A DNA stretch of 64,000 nucleotides, from contig JAAZIU010000042.1 of assembly GCA_012800735.1 (NCBI GenBank), positions 36,809 through 100,808 on the forward strand. The letters run 5' to 3'. Positions 26,953-36,429 of the stretch are shown here, piece by piece (within the stretch, counting starts at the first letter, position 1; each line of letters begins with the position of its first letter). Both the position numbers and the translations under genes were made by a program. Under the pieces are notes generated by a model. That model saw only the letters and a program-made list of their open reading frames with translations. It made no database searches and was not told where the DNA came from. Source of the DNA: Clostridiales bacterium. Its GTDB lineage: Bacteria > Bacillota > Clostridia > Oscillospirales > CAG-272.

Positions 26953-27741
26953 ATGAATATCTTTATTATGACCGATATGGAAGGAATAACCGGAGTTGAT
27001 TCTGCCGATAACGTTTTGATCGAAACGGAAGAACACTATATCTCATCCTGCCGCAAACTTACGGACGATATCAACGCCGCGGTGGACGGATACTTTTCCG
27101 CCGGCGCAAAGAAGGTTTTTGTCGAGGACGGTCACGGATCAGGGAAAAACTTCCTTCCCGGCACACTCGACGAAAGAGCAATCCTGGTAGATGGAATAAA
27201 AGATTACGACAGACTGACCAAAAGCGGAGAATACAGCGCCATGGCCATGATCGGAACCCATGCGATGGCGGGTACCGAAAATGCCTTTCTCGATCACACT
27301 CAAAGCTCGACATCCTGGTTCGATTACACGATCAATGGCCGCAGCAGCGGCGAGATCGCGCAGAGCGCCGCTTTTGTCGGCAGATATGATATACCGATTA
27401 TAATGGTTTCGGGGGATATTGCTGCCTGCGAAGAAGCCAAACGCTTTTTGGGCGACATAGCGACGGCGCCGGTTAAACGCGCAGTCGGGCGCAACAAAGC
27501 CATCTCGTTAAAAGCCGAAGATGCGCATGCGTTGATCCGACAGGCCGCGATAGACTCGATGCAGCTTATCGGAAAAATCAAACCGTTCAAGATACTGCTC
27601 CCGGCAGAACTAAGGCTTATACTTCAGAGGACTGACTATTGCGAGGGCTACTGCAATCATCCCGGCGTCGAAAAAGTAAATTCCCGCACTGTCAGAAAAT
27701 ATCTGAAAGAGATAAACTCCTACCTCGACCTTATGCTTTAA
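26953..27741 (+). CDS. M55-family D-aminopeptidase (DppA-like)
   Basis: The N-terminus MNIFIMTDMEGITGV is characteristic. GGAGGAG RBS. Confidence 0.8.
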   Translation: MNIFIMTDMEGITGVDSADNVLIETEEHYISSCRKLTDDINAAVDGYFSAGAKKVFVEDGHGSGKNFLPGTLDERAILVDGIKDYDRLTKSGEYSAMAMIGTHAMAGTENAFLDHTQSSTSWFDYTINGRSSGEIAQSAAFVGRYDIPIIMVSGDIAACEEAKRFLGDIATAPVKRAVGRNKAISLKAEDAHALIRQAAIDSMQLIGKIKPFKILLPAELRLILQRTDYCEGYCNHPGVEKVNSRTVRKYLKEINSYLDLML

Positions 27742-27794
27742 TATTGCCAAAATTGTCTCTAAAAGTATCATTTTGCGCAGCGATCAAACGTAAT

Positions 27795-29030
27795 TTATGA
27801 CAACATTCCGGTCGGCATAACGATTTTAGAGCCACCGGACGGCGGGATTTTCATATTTCCATAAATAACCGCGTGTTTCAGAGAGAAATCACCGAATCTG
27901 GAGCGTACTTCGGTAACGGTATCATCGAGAGACTCAATTCGGTCGGTATCGGTCGAGTCGCAGAAAACGCTGTATTGCAGAGGAGTCTCGGTTTCGGTCA
28001 GATTTATTGCCCTGACCACAAGAGTCCTTATCGGAAGCTGCCATTTGTAGTTTTTCTCAAATAGTTCATACGCATATCCGGCAATAACCGATTGGCTCTG
28101 TGTCGGCACCGGAAGCTGGCACTGCCATTCCCTGAATTTGAGACGGTTGTCTCTTACGGTTACCGAAATTCCTCCGGCGCGCTTGTTCAATTCATGAAGC
28201 CTCGCTCCGACGTCTTGTGAAAGATTGAGAATGAACGGCCAGACCTCCGAGCAGTCGCAGAGATCCTGCATTGCCGTGTTTCCGTGACCTACGCTTTTGA
28301 CAGGAACGTCGGAACAACCGGAAATCACCTCGGAATGCTCCTCTCCGGTGGCGTAAAGCTTCAGCGCAATCCCGATCTTGCCGAATTTTCGACAGAGAAA
28401 CTCGTCGGAGGCCTTTGCGATATCTCCTATCGTTATAATCCCGTTTTTCAAAAGCGCAGCTTCAACCGAACGGCCGACACCGAGCATTTCCGACGCTGCC
28501 AGGGGCCATACCTTTTCTTTGTAATTGTCTCTGAATATGCAGGTTACGGCGTCCGGCTTCTTCATGTCGCTGCCGAGTTTTGAAAATATTTTGTTCCAGC
28601 TTACCCCGATGGACACCGTGATCCCGAGTTCGCTTTTTATCCTCTCTCTTATCTCATCGGCGATTTGAAATCCGTTTTTTGCTCCGCTGCTTCTGGTGAT
28701 ATCGATCCAACATTCGTCCATGCCGTACGGCTCAATTCTGTCGGTATAAGAGCAGTAAATTCCCCTTGCAAATTCGGAATACTTCATATATTCACTATAA
28801 TGAGGTTTTATGAATAAAATTCCGGGGCATTTCGAGCGCGCCTGCCATACCGCTTCACCTGTCTTGACACCGAAACTCTTGGCTATGTAATTTTTGGCAA
28901 GAACAATTCCGTGCCTCTCTTGAGGAGAGCCGCATACCGCTATCGGATGTCCGCGAAGCGAGGGATTGAGCTCGCTTTCAACCGATGCATAAAAATTATT
29001 CATATCAATGTGAAGTATTATCCGGTCCAT
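27795..29030 (-). CDS. dinB: DNA polymerase IV (Y-family)
   Basis: MDRIILHIDMNNFYASVE and the SIDE-like motif DECWID. Confidence 0.9.
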   Translation of the reverse strand: MDRIILHIDMNNFYASVESELNPSLRGHPIAVCGSPQERHGIVLAKNYIAKSFGVKTGEAVWQARSKCPGILFIKPHYSEYMKYSEFARGIYCSYTDRIEPYGMDECWIDITRSSGAKNGFQIADEIRERIKSELGITVSIGVSWNKIFSKLGSDMKKPDAVTCIFRDNYKEKVWPLAASEMLGVGRSVEAALLKNGIITIGDIAKASDEFLCRKFGKIGIALKLYATGEEHSEVISGCSDVPVKSVGHGNTAMQDLCDCSEVWPFILNLSQDVGARLHELNKRAGGISVTVRDNRLKFREWQCQLPVPTQSQSVIAGYAYELFEKNYKWQLPIRTLVVRAINLTETETPLQYSVFCDSTDTDRIESLDDTVTEVRSRFGDFSLKHAVIYGNMKIPPSGGSKIVMPTGMLS

Positions 29031-29074
29031 GTGTGCACCATTTAGAATGTTAAATAAGAACTATTACGAATATA

Positions 29075-29103
29075 ATTATACCATTTAGAATTTATTCTGT
29101 CAA
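29075..29103 (-). promoter_or_regulatory. sigma-A type promoter of dinB
   Basis: The minus strand reads TTGACA (29098-29103), 17-nt spacer, TGgTATAAT (-10 at 29075-29080). Confidence 0.55.
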
Positions 29104-29253
29104 TAGAACTTTGTTATGGAAGGGAAGAGTCGCATAAGTGCGATAGTTGTATGCGTCGGTTAGACCACCGGTCGAGTGTATAATGTTATGAATAATCAAG
29201 GCTTATTCAGAATAACTTTACAAATTGATTGAATGTGAAATCTGTCGTCTTTA

Positions 29254-29282
29254 TTGACATGCCAATTATGTTGTGATATAAT
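29254..29282 (+). promoter_or_regulatory. sigma-A type promoter
   Basis: TTGACA (29254-59), 17-nt spacer, TGaTATAAT (29277-82). Confidence 0.65.
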
Positions 29283-29340
29283 AATTGTGTCGTACATGTA
29301 AATCATGTTTATAAAAATGTCATTATGACGGAGGAGAAAA

Positions 29341-30282
29341 ATGAAAAGAACAGCGATTCTGACAATCCTGATTGCGGCAGCGTTGCTTCTGACGCTTGTT
29401 GCGCCCGTATTCGCAAATGACGAGATGACGGTTCATGGAACTCACGAGCCGCCTATTATGGACGGTGAAATCGATGACTGCTATATGAAGCTGCATGATT
29501 TCTGGACAACCGACGGCTTCAGCGACGAAAAAGACCCGGATCGCACTATCACGGGATCGGCGTATGCCTGCTATGATGATAAGAACTTCTATTTTCTTTC
29601 TGTGGCGGCAACTCCCGTGAATGATGCCGGAGCTGATTACGCGTTGGATATGGGTATATCTGTTGCCGGTTATCTTGCAATGCTTGCTACCGAACCAAGC
29701 GGCGGTTATACCGACGATCAGCGCTATGAAGTCGGTATAGCTCTTGGCAATGACGGTACGCAGATTTGGAAGACCTGCTCACCGGCAGATGTTAAAGACT
29801 CTATCAACGAAAAAGCTGTTTGGGATGAAGCGCCCTTTAAATTCTTTGTAAAGCGAGATGAAGCCGCTAAAAACAACATTTATGAGTTTGCTGTGCCGTG
29901 GACATATCTCGACCGTACCGGCACCATGACTTTTAAAGAAGGTTCAAAGGTTACCCTTAACTACTCCTGCAACGCGCATACCAGGGAAGAGTATGAAAGC
30001 GGTGAGCCTCATTATATGGAATATGGCGGAGGAATCTGGAACAACAGTTATGAGGACGGCATGATAGTAACCCTCGGCGCGTATCAGATCATTATTGAGG
30101 AAGAGGAGATTGCAGCACCCGAACCCGCAGCTGAACCTGCCGCTGTACCTGCTGCCGAACCCGCAGTTGCTCCGGCTGCCGCTGAACCCGCTGCCCAAAC
30201 ATCCGATGGAATTGCAATAGCTGTTTTGGCTGCCGCAGCATCACTCGGACTTGCAATATCAATTAAAAAACGCAGAATCTGA
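29341..30282 (+). CDS. secreted surface protein with Pro/Ala-rich stalk and C-terminal TM anchor (CBM9/DOMON-like N-domain possible)
   Basis: Signal peptide MKRTAILTILIAAALLLTLVAPVFA. The (P/A/E)-rich stalk is followed by IAIAVLAAAASLGLAISIKKRRI. Confidence 0.6.
   Translation: MKRTAILTILIAAALLLTLVAPVFANDEMTVHGTHEPPIMDGEIDDCYMKLHDFWTTDGFSDEKDPDRTITGSAYACYDDKNFYFLSVAATPVNDAGADYALDMGISVAGYLAMLATEPSGGYTDDQRYEVGIALGNDGTQIWKTCSPADVKDSINEKAVWDEAPFKFFVKRDEAAKNNIYEFAVPWTYLDRTGTMTFKEGSKVTLNYSCNAHTREEYESGEPHYMEYGGGIWNNSYEDGMIVTLGAYQIIIEEEEIAAPEPAAEPAAVPAAEPAVAPAAAEPAAQTSDGIAIAVLAAAASLGLAISIKKRRI
30112..30196 (+). repeat. in-frame low-complexity tandem repeat encoding (P-A-A-E-P-A)-like units
   Basis: Reiterated GAACCCGC / GCTGCC units encode APEPAAEPAAVPAAEPAVAPAAAEPAA. 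Confidence 0.7.
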
Positions 30283-30300
30283 CCGTAAATCATGATTACT

Positions 30301-30338
30301 ATACCGGCTTATCAATTATGATAAGCCGGTATTTATTT
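30301..30338 (+). terminator. intrinsic terminator
   Basis: ATACCGGCTTATCA-atta-TGATAAGCCGGTAT followed by a T-rich tract. Confidence 0.65.
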
Positions 30339-30431
30339 AGCCCCAAGGCTTGAAACCGGAGGTGTTATATGCTATAATTATATTCAGAATAAGATGTATT
30401 TTAGAATGCAGTTGTATAGAGGTGATTTTTT

Positions 30432-32384
30432 ATGGGACTGAAGATATTTTCAATTATGCGTCTTGACACCGAGCATATAGATGAAATATGTATGGATATC
30501 GAACGTCAGAAGCGTGAAGGAATCTCCGACTGCGCGCTTTTTATGATGACTCTTGTGCCGGAAGGAGATCCTCCGATCGATAAAGCTAAAATGCTATGCG
30601 AAAAATATAAGGTTTTCAAAGAAAGACTTGATGCAATGGATATCAAAAGCGGTGTTCTGGTTCAGGCAACAATCGGTCACGGCTGGGTATTGAGCGAAAT
30701 GTTCCCATTTCAGCAGTATACCGCAATAGATACGGGTGAACAACCGCAAATCGTTTGCCCTTATGACGAGGGCTTCAGAGAGTATATCAAGGACGCTTTT
30801 AAAACGATAGCGCTTTGCCATCCCGATATGATAATGCTCGACGACGATTTTCGGCTGATGTCCGCCAGAAGCGGAGGTGGCTGCGGCTGTCCGCTTCATA
30901 TAGCCGAGTTTAACCGCCGCGCCGATACATTATTTAGAAGAGAAGAGCTCAATAAAGTCCTGCATCAAGAGGGAGAAGACGGAGACAGGTACAACCGTAT
31001 TTTTACCGAAACACAGAGAGAAGCTCTTATCTCCTGCGCCAAAATAATGCGTCAGGGAATTGATGAGATTGATCCTGAATTGCCGGGTTCTTTCTGCTGT
31101 GTCGGGAACAATGTGGAATGCGCCGAAGAAATAGCGCATATCTTAGCTGGCGAAGGAAATCCTTCCATTGTAAGGATCAACAACGGCAACTACACACCTC
31201 GGGGAGCAAGATATTTCAGCGACGTCTTTCTACGCGCAGCTCAGCAGGTGGCTAAGCTTGAAGGAAAGGTTGACTATATCTTAGCCGAAACCGATACCTG
31301 CCCTCAAAATCGTTACAGCACTTCGGCTATGTCTCTCCATACGCATTTTACGGGTTCGCTGCTTGAAGGCGCAAACGGCGCAAAGCATTGGATAACCCGC
31401 CTTCATGCTTTTGAACCGGAAAGCGGGGAAGCGTATCGCAAAATTCTTTCAGCGAACCGAGGATTCTATGACTATCTTGCAGATATTTATCCTCGACTTG
31501 TCTGGAGAGGCTGCAGGATTCCGATGTCTGACACACCGAGATTTGATTTAAGACGAAATTATACCGGAAGCAGCGGCTGGAGTCTTTGCGTCCTTGAGTG
31601 GGTGGGTCTTCCGTTCTATTTCTCGGCGCATGAGGGAGGCATTGTCTGTCTTGAAGGAGATGCGGACCTGAACTTCAGCGATGAAGAAATATTAGAGCTT
31701 TTAAAGGGACCTATGTTCCTTGCATCGGATACCGCGAAAAGGCTGGTTGAGAGAGGTTTCGGAAAATATCTCGGTGTCGATGTAAAAAGATGGGAAGGTT
31801 TGCAGCCCAGCGTTGAAAAACTTGAGTTTCGCGGAAACGTTTACAATGTGCAGTATAATTATCTGCAGCTTATATCGACAGAGGCGTCAACAAGAGAAAT
31901 ATCCACGGTTTATCATACCGTCGATAAGGAAAATCTGACAAAACTGTTTCCCGGCGTAACATTTTATCAGAATACCCTCGGTGGAAAAATCACGGTTTTC
32001 TGCGGCACACCGAACGCGCCATATAATCTTACGACAGCCTTTAGTTTCTTAAACTTATCAAGAAAAATGCAGTTGATTGGCCTGATGCAGGAATGCGGTG
32101 AACTTCCTGTATACTATCCGGGAGACGCCGAAATTTATCTTAAGGCAGCCGAAATTAAAGATGAGCCAAACAAGCTGTTTATAGCTGTTTACAACTTGGG
32201 ATTTGATCCGCTTGATAAGCTTCCATTGAAATTTGAAGGTAAAGTTTTGACGGTTGAAAAACTAATGCCAAACGGTAATATTGAACAAATCTGCTTTGAC
32301 TGTCTCTCCGATGGCTCTCTTCTCCTTAATACTGCTTGTAAAACCCTCGATCCCGTTATACTTACAGCATATTTACATAAATAA
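30432..32384 (+). CDS. hypothetical 650-aa cytoplasmic protein, family not recognised
   Basis: Long ORF with a GAGGTG RBS and no signal peptide. It contains the Cys cluster SGGGCGCPLH. I recognise no motif. Confidence 0.6.
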   Translation: MGLKIFSIMRLDTEHIDEICMDIERQKREGISDCALFMMTLVPEGDPPIDKAKMLCEKYKVFKERLDAMDIKSGVLVQATIGHGWVLSEMFPFQQYTAIDTGEQPQIVCPYDEGFREYIKDAFKTIALCHPDMIMLDDDFRLMSARSGGGCGCPLHIAEFNRRADTLFRREELNKVLHQEGEDGDRYNRIFTETQREALISCAKIMRQGIDEIDPELPGSFCCVGNNVECAEEIAHILAGEGNPSIVRINNGNYTPRGARYFSDVFLRAAQQVAKLEGKVDYILAETDTCPQNRYSTSAMSLHTHFTGSLLEGANGAKHWITRLHAFEPESGEAYRKILSANRGFYDYLADIYPRLVWRGCRIPMSDTPRFDLRRNYTGSSGWSLCVLEWVGLPFYFSAHEGGIVCLEGDADLNFSDEEILELLKGPMFLASDTAKRLVERGFGKYLGVDVKRWEGLQPSVEKLEFRGNVYNVQYNYLQLISTEASTREISTVYHTVDKENLTKLFPGVTFYQNTLGGKITVFCGTPNAPYNLTTAFSFLNLSRKMQLIGLMQECGELPVYYPGDAEIYLKAAEIKDEPNKLFIAVYNLGFDPLDKLPLKFEGKVLTVEKLMPNGNIEQICFDCLSDGSLLLNTACKTLDPVILTAYLHK

Positions 32385-32403
32385 TTATTGAAAAAATAAA
32401 ACT

Positions 32404-32457
32404 AAAAACTCCCGTGTCGCTGCATCAATTCAAACGCAGCGACACGGGAGTTGATTT
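32404..32457. terminator. bidirectional intrinsic terminator
   Basis: A 15-bp stem (CTCCCGTGTCGCTGC/GCAGCGACACGGGAG) is flanked by an A-run and a T-rich tract, between convergent genes. Confidence 0.75.
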
Positions 32458-32477
32458 CGCTAAAAAATCTTAAGCAA

Positions 32478-33833
32478 TTAACCTAAGTTAGCGGATCCGC
32501 CTTCGGAAAGAGTTTTTGCAACTTTGATTCCCTCAAGTTTTTGAGTGGGAATATTTTGATTTAATGCCAAATACGCAGCAACACCTGCAGCTTCGCCTAT
32601 CTGATTGAGATTTACCATTACCCTCAATGCGCCGAATGAACCGATGTCAGCGTTAATCATCCGTCCTGCGGCGATAATGTTCGTATGTTTTTGCGGAACA
32701 AGACAGCCGAAAGGAAGAGAATAGTATGTCGGTACCGGAACGTTATCTGATATTCCGAGTTCCTTTCTCCAGTTACCTTTTATATGTTGACCATTGCGCA
32801 GTTCGGTATTTGAGCTTCCGTCGAAATGACGGAAGGTAATACTGCCGTCGGCAAGATGAATATCAACGTTATATGTTCCGTTGAGAATGTTGTCATCATA
32901 CCTTTTGCCGAGTAAGAGTTCATCTTGTTTTGCCTGACGAATAGTCATATAATGTCGGGTTTCGCGGATGCCTATTGAAGAACAGGAGCATATATTGGAA
33001 TATTTCACTCCTTCTTTGCCGTATTTATTCAACAGCTTTACCAAAGCGCGCATCTTTCTGCGTCCTTCTACCTCTGCCTTTGTAAGATCATCCGCGCGAT
33101 CCAACATAAATCCCGTAACGTGAGTATCCGCACGCATGGTGATTCCGTTAGTTTCAGGTACCCGACAGCTCCATCCCCAGTCTTTTTCAAGACCAACCTC
33201 ATCTCCGTAGCGTCTGATGATTCCCATTGTATCGATACCGGAAGCATCACCGTCAAGCAGAAAACAGGCAGACGGAGGCTGTATATTAGAGTGTGTGTAT
33301 GATTCAATGCCTAAGTCGCGGCAAAGATCGCCGTCACCTGTAGCATCGATAAAGAAATCAGCTTTTATGGCTCCGCGTCCGTCTTTATTTTCAACAAAAA
33401 CGGCAGATATTGTATTCCCCGAAGTCAAAAGCCCGGTATACATGGTATGTAGCATGAAAGACACTTTGTTTTCGATTAGCAGCAGGTCAAGTTCTGTTTT
33501 CATTTCATGCGGATTGAAAAAATGGGAATCGGCGCGATCTCTTCCTCTATCGGAAACAGGCTCGATGCGTTCAAGGAGCTCCTCGGTAAGTCCGGCTATG
33601 ATTTGTTTTTTGTTTTCGGTGTCAAAAAGAGTATGCCAGACATTTACAAGACCGTTTGTTGCCGTCCCGCCGAAACAGTTACTTCTTTCGATGAGTATAA
33701 CCTTTGCGCCCAATCTTGCCGCTCTGACCGCCGCGAAAACGCCGGTCGCGGAACCGCCGATTACGCAGATATCGGCTTCGGCGATAACAGGTATCTTTTT
33801 AGCGGGTTCAATAATATATCCGTTAATGTTCAT
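32478..33833 (-). CDS. FAD-dependent oxidoreductase (PF12831-like)
   Basis: N-terminal dinucleotide-binding motif VIGGSATGVFAAVRAARLGAKVILIE. Confidence 0.75.
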   Translation of the reverse strand: MNINGYIIEPAKKIPVIAEADICVIGGSATGVFAAVRAARLGAKVILIERSNCFGGTATNGLVNVWHTLFDTENKKQIIAGLTEELLERIEPVSDRGRDRADSHFFNPHEMKTELDLLLIENKVSFMLHTMYTGLLTSGNTISAVFVENKDGRGAIKADFFIDATGDGDLCRDLGIESYTHSNIQPPSACFLLDGDASGIDTMGIIRRYGDEVGLEKDWGWSCRVPETNGITMRADTHVTGFMLDRADDLTKAEVEGRRKMRALVKLLNKYGKEGVKYSNICSCSSIGIRETRHYMTIRQAKQDELLLGKRYDDNILNGTYNVDIHLADGSITFRHFDGSSNTELRNGQHIKGNWRKELGISDNVPVPTYYSLPFGCLVPQKHTNIIAAGRMINADIGSFGALRVMVNLNQIGEAAGVAAYLALNQNIPTQKLEGIKVAKTLSEGGSANLG

Positions 33834-34059
33834 GATATTTACCTCACAATATCGTTTATATTCCTGATTTAATTATACACCAAACCAAAGCGTTTTTCAA
33901 ATGTTTTCTATCCTTTTTCTAAATTAACCGAATATTTACTTTTCGTTTCATGCTTTAAAGGTTTCAAATGCTTTTTTGTTAAATACATGCGGTTAATTTA
34001 TTATTTGTCTTGCAGACTTAAATCTGCCGGATGTTTTATCTGATTTTATAAAATAAAGC

Positions 34060-34088
34060 TTGAATAGTCGGAATATAATTGATATAAT
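34060..34088 (+). promoter_or_regulatory. sigma-A type promoter
   Basis: TTGAAT (34060-65), 17-nt spacer, TGaTATAAT (34083-88). Confidence 0.6.
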
Positions 34089-34120
34089 ATTAAAAACATA
34101 CAAGCAAGAAGGATAGTTAA

Positions 34121-34654
34121 ATGGAATTGTTTCATGGCAGACCGCAAAATATAGACGGACTTTCCGAAAGAGAAATAAAGGTATATGAATTTCTCGATTC
34201 GCTCGGGATCAAATATGACAGAGTAGAACATGAACCGGCGATGGACATGAATGCCTGCGAAGAGATCGACAGAGTACTCGGGACCACCATGTGTAAGAAT
34301 TTGTTTTTATGCAACCGGCAGTGCACCGTATTTTATCTTTTGATGATCAAAAACGATAAGCCTTTTAAAACAAAGGATCTTTCGCAGCAGATAAACTCAT
34401 CAAGACTCTCATTTGCTTCGTCTGAATATATGGAAAAACTTCTTGGAATCACCCCGGGAGCGGTCAGTATTCTGGGAATTATTAACGATAAGGAATGTCA
34501 GGTAAAACCGTTGATTGACAGGGAATTGTTGGACTCTGAATTTATAGGATGCCATCCAAATGTCAATACGGCAAGTCTCAAATTAAAAATTGCTGATATT
34601 ATTGACATTATGATGCCTGCTACAGGACATGAGCCTGTTTTTGTAGATCTTTGA
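34121..34654 (+). CDS. YbaK/ProX-type aminoacyl-tRNA editing (deacylase) domain protein
   Basis: The size and the segments KNLFLCN...KDLS...PGAVSILG fit prolyl-tRNA-synthetase-associated editing domains. Confidence 0.7.
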   Translation: MELFHGRPQNIDGLSEREIKVYEFLDSLGIKYDRVEHEPAMDMNACEEIDRVLGTTMCKNLFLCNRQCTVFYLLMIKNDKPFKTKDLSQQINSSRLSFASSEYMEKLLGITPGAVSILGIINDKECQVKPLIDRELLDSEFIGCHPNVNTASLKLKIADIIDIMMPATGHEPVFVDL

Positions 34655-34683
34655 TATATATTGAATTGTATCGGAGGAAAGAG

Positions 34684-35265
34684 ATGATAAAAGTTACATT
34701 ATTGGGAGATTCCATTCGTTTAATCGGTTATGGTTCAAGAGTTGCGGCTGAACTTGGAGATGATTACCGGGTTTGGCAGCCTGATGACAACTGCCGCTAT
34801 GCTCAGTATACTCTTAGAGGGTTGTTTGACTGGGCAGGCAACATGGAAGGTTCACAGATTGTTCATTGGAACAACGGCCTTTGGGATTGCTGCGATATCC
34901 TTGGCGATGATATGCTTTTTACACCGGTAGATGTTTATGTTAATACTATGGTTCGAATTGCGTCAATTCTGATTAAGCGTCATAAGAATGTTATATTTGC
35001 AACGTCCACTCCTGCCAGACCGGGAAATATTTATAATAAAAATGAACAAATATGTAAATATAACGAATCTTTGGTGCCAAAGCTTGAAGAGATGGGAGTA
35101 GTTATTAACGATTTATGGAACGCTCTTATTGTCGATGTTGACCGTTATATACGGGAAGATGACAAAATTCATCTGACCGAAGAGGGAATAGACATATGCA
35201 CTGAAATGGTAAAGCAATCTATATATAAAGTCGCTGAAAAAATCTCTGATTTTGAAAATCAATAA
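34684..35265 (+). CDS. SGNH/GDSL hydrolase
   Basis: Trimmed to MIKVTLLGDSIR (GDS block I; GGAGGAAAGAG RBS). Later blocks are GLWD and DKIHL. Confidence 0.75.
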   Translation: MIKVTLLGDSIRLIGYGSRVAAELGDDYRVWQPDDNCRYAQYTLRGLFDWAGNMEGSQIVHWNNGLWDCCDILGDDMLFTPVDVYVNTMVRIASILIKRHKNVIFATSTPARPGNIYNKNEQICKYNESLVPKLEEMGVVINDLWNALIVDVDRYIREDDKIHLTEEGIDICTEMVKQSIYKVAEKISDFENQ

Positions 35266-35361
35266 AGCGCCAGTTCCTAATTATAATATTATATATAGCC
35301 TCGACGCCAAAGCATTTTATATTTTGTATAATGACAGATAATGTATTTTCCATAAATAAAA

Positions 35362-35385
35362 AGATGCAAAACTTGCATCTTTTTT
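35362..35385. terminator. bidirectional terminator shared by the SGNH gene and tRNA-Val
   Basis: AGATGCAA-aac-TTGCATCT followed by T5, with an A-rich tract on the other side. Confidence 0.65.
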
Positions 35386-35461
35386 GGTGGGGACGGTTGG
35401 GCTCGAACCAATGACCTCATGCATGTCAAGCATGCGCTCTAGCCAACTGAGCTACGCCCCC
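35385..35461 (-). tRNA. tRNA-Val (anticodon GAC), CCA encoded
   Basis: The reverse complement is GGGGGCGTAGCTCAGTTGGCTAGAGCGCATGCTTGACATGCATGAGGTCATTGGTTCGAGCCCAACCGTCCCCACCA. It folds as a cloverleaf with anticodon loop TTGACAT and T-loop GGTTCGAGCC. Confidence 0.95.
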
Positions 35462-35472
35462 ATGACAATAAT

Positions 35473-35501
35473 ATTATACCATAAAGCCGGAGTTATTGCA
35501 A
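35473..35501 (-). promoter_or_regulatory. sigma-A type promoter of tRNA-Val
   Basis: The minus strand reads TTGCAA (35496-35501), 17-nt spacer, TGgTATAAT (35473-78), 11 nt before the tRNA 5' end. Confidence 0.7.
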
Positions 35502-35628
35502 GAGTAAAATATGCACAAACATTTAAATATAAAAAGTAAATCTTTAGTCTTATGAGTACATATGTAAACAATAACAGGGCAGCACATGGAACTGAATAAG
35601 ACACGAAATATTGAATGCAAAATATCAT

Positions 35629-35660
35629 TCATTATACTAAATGAATATTTAGTATAATGA
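35629..35660. repeat. perfect 14-bp inverted repeat with 4-nt spacer
   Basis: TCATTATACTAAAT-gaat-ATTTAGTATAATGA. Confidence 0.9.
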
Positions 35661-35737
35661 AGGGAATGGAAATGATAGTTTATTTTACATACTTCGCCGT
35701 CAGAATGTGTTTAAAATGAAAATACTTTATATAGAGG

Positions 35738-35766
35738 TTGAAATAAACACAAAAATATGGTATAAT
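35738..35766 (+). promoter_or_regulatory. sigma-A type promoter
   Basis: TTGAAA (35738-43), 17-nt spacer, TGgTATAAT (35761-66). Confidence 0.65.
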
Positions 35767-35833
35767 ATTTTGTACCCTTAAAATAAGCCTATAACTTTAT
35801 TTTATTTAAAATATATTCCGTGGAGTGATTCAA

Positions 35834-36376
35834 ATGAAAGCTTTAAAATATTTTTCAGCGCTGCTTTCCTTGATAATGCTTGTCTCTATGTTTATGTCCT
35901 GCGGCTGTAAAAATACTGATGAAACCGAGACGGTTGTATCGGTGACTAATCCCGACGGTTCAGATATCAGATCCCCAGAGGAAGTTCAAGCTACCTCCGA
36001 AGTATTTGACTCTCTAAATGAAATGTATGGTTATTACAACATTTCAGATTTTGACAGTTATATTACCTTTTGGGATATAAATGAAGACGAAAAAGTCCAG
36101 ATGCTTGAAAACTTTAAATCAAGTTCCGGCGTTTTTGAAGCTAAATACGAGCTTAACAGTGTTGATGTGATTCTTGATGTAAACGGAAAAGCCAATGTTA
36201 CTTCGATATCAACGGCTACTTCAAAAAATATTGCCACCGGTGATGAGACTGTAATAAAAGAAACCATGTATTATGTCATGGAAAAACGCGATGGCAAGTA
36301 TCGAATCAAGAGCTTCAGTTCCGGCGGCAACGAGCTTATAAGCTACAGCGGTGATGAAGAAACTACTGCGGAATAA
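35834..36376 (+). CDS. lipoprotein, unknown function (SnoaL/NTF2-like C-terminal region possible)
   Basis: Trimmed to MKALKYFSALLSLIMLVSMFMSCGC (lipobox). Confidence 0.6.
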   Translation: MKALKYFSALLSLIMLVSMFMSCGCKNTDETETVVSVTNPDGSDIRSPEEVQATSEVFDSLNEMYGYYNISDFDSYITFWDINEDEKVQMLENFKSSSGVFEAKYELNSVDVILDVNGKANVTSISTATSKNIATGDETVIKETMYYVMEKRDGKYRIKSFSSGGNELISYSGDEETTAE

Positions 36377-36429
36377 ACTTATATATTAATATTATATTAA
36401 CAAATAATAATATTAACAGATATCAAAAA

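Noticed and set aside
26691-26999. 102-aa ORF upstream of and overlapping the M55 peptidase gene
   Set aside because: It contains the predicted promoter (26839-26867) and 5' UTR of the peptidase gene, has no RBS, and overlaps the peptidase start out of frame.
29031-29110. LexA/SOS box upstream of dinB
   Set aside because: No CGAAC-N4-GTTCG match is present. AGAACTATTACGAA and GAACTTTGTTAT are only half-site-like. AGAATTTATTCT has the wrong spacing.
30112-30196. Short tandem repeats as a possible CRISPR-like or contingency locus
   Set aside because: The repeats are in frame inside a surface-protein gene and encode a Pro/Ala/Glu-rich stalk. This is an ordinary low-complexity linker.
35385-35461. 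tRNA-Val as the attachment site of an integrated element
   Set aside because: No integrase, excisionase or phage/ICE genes lie on either side. I saw no direct repeat of the tRNA 3' end in the window.
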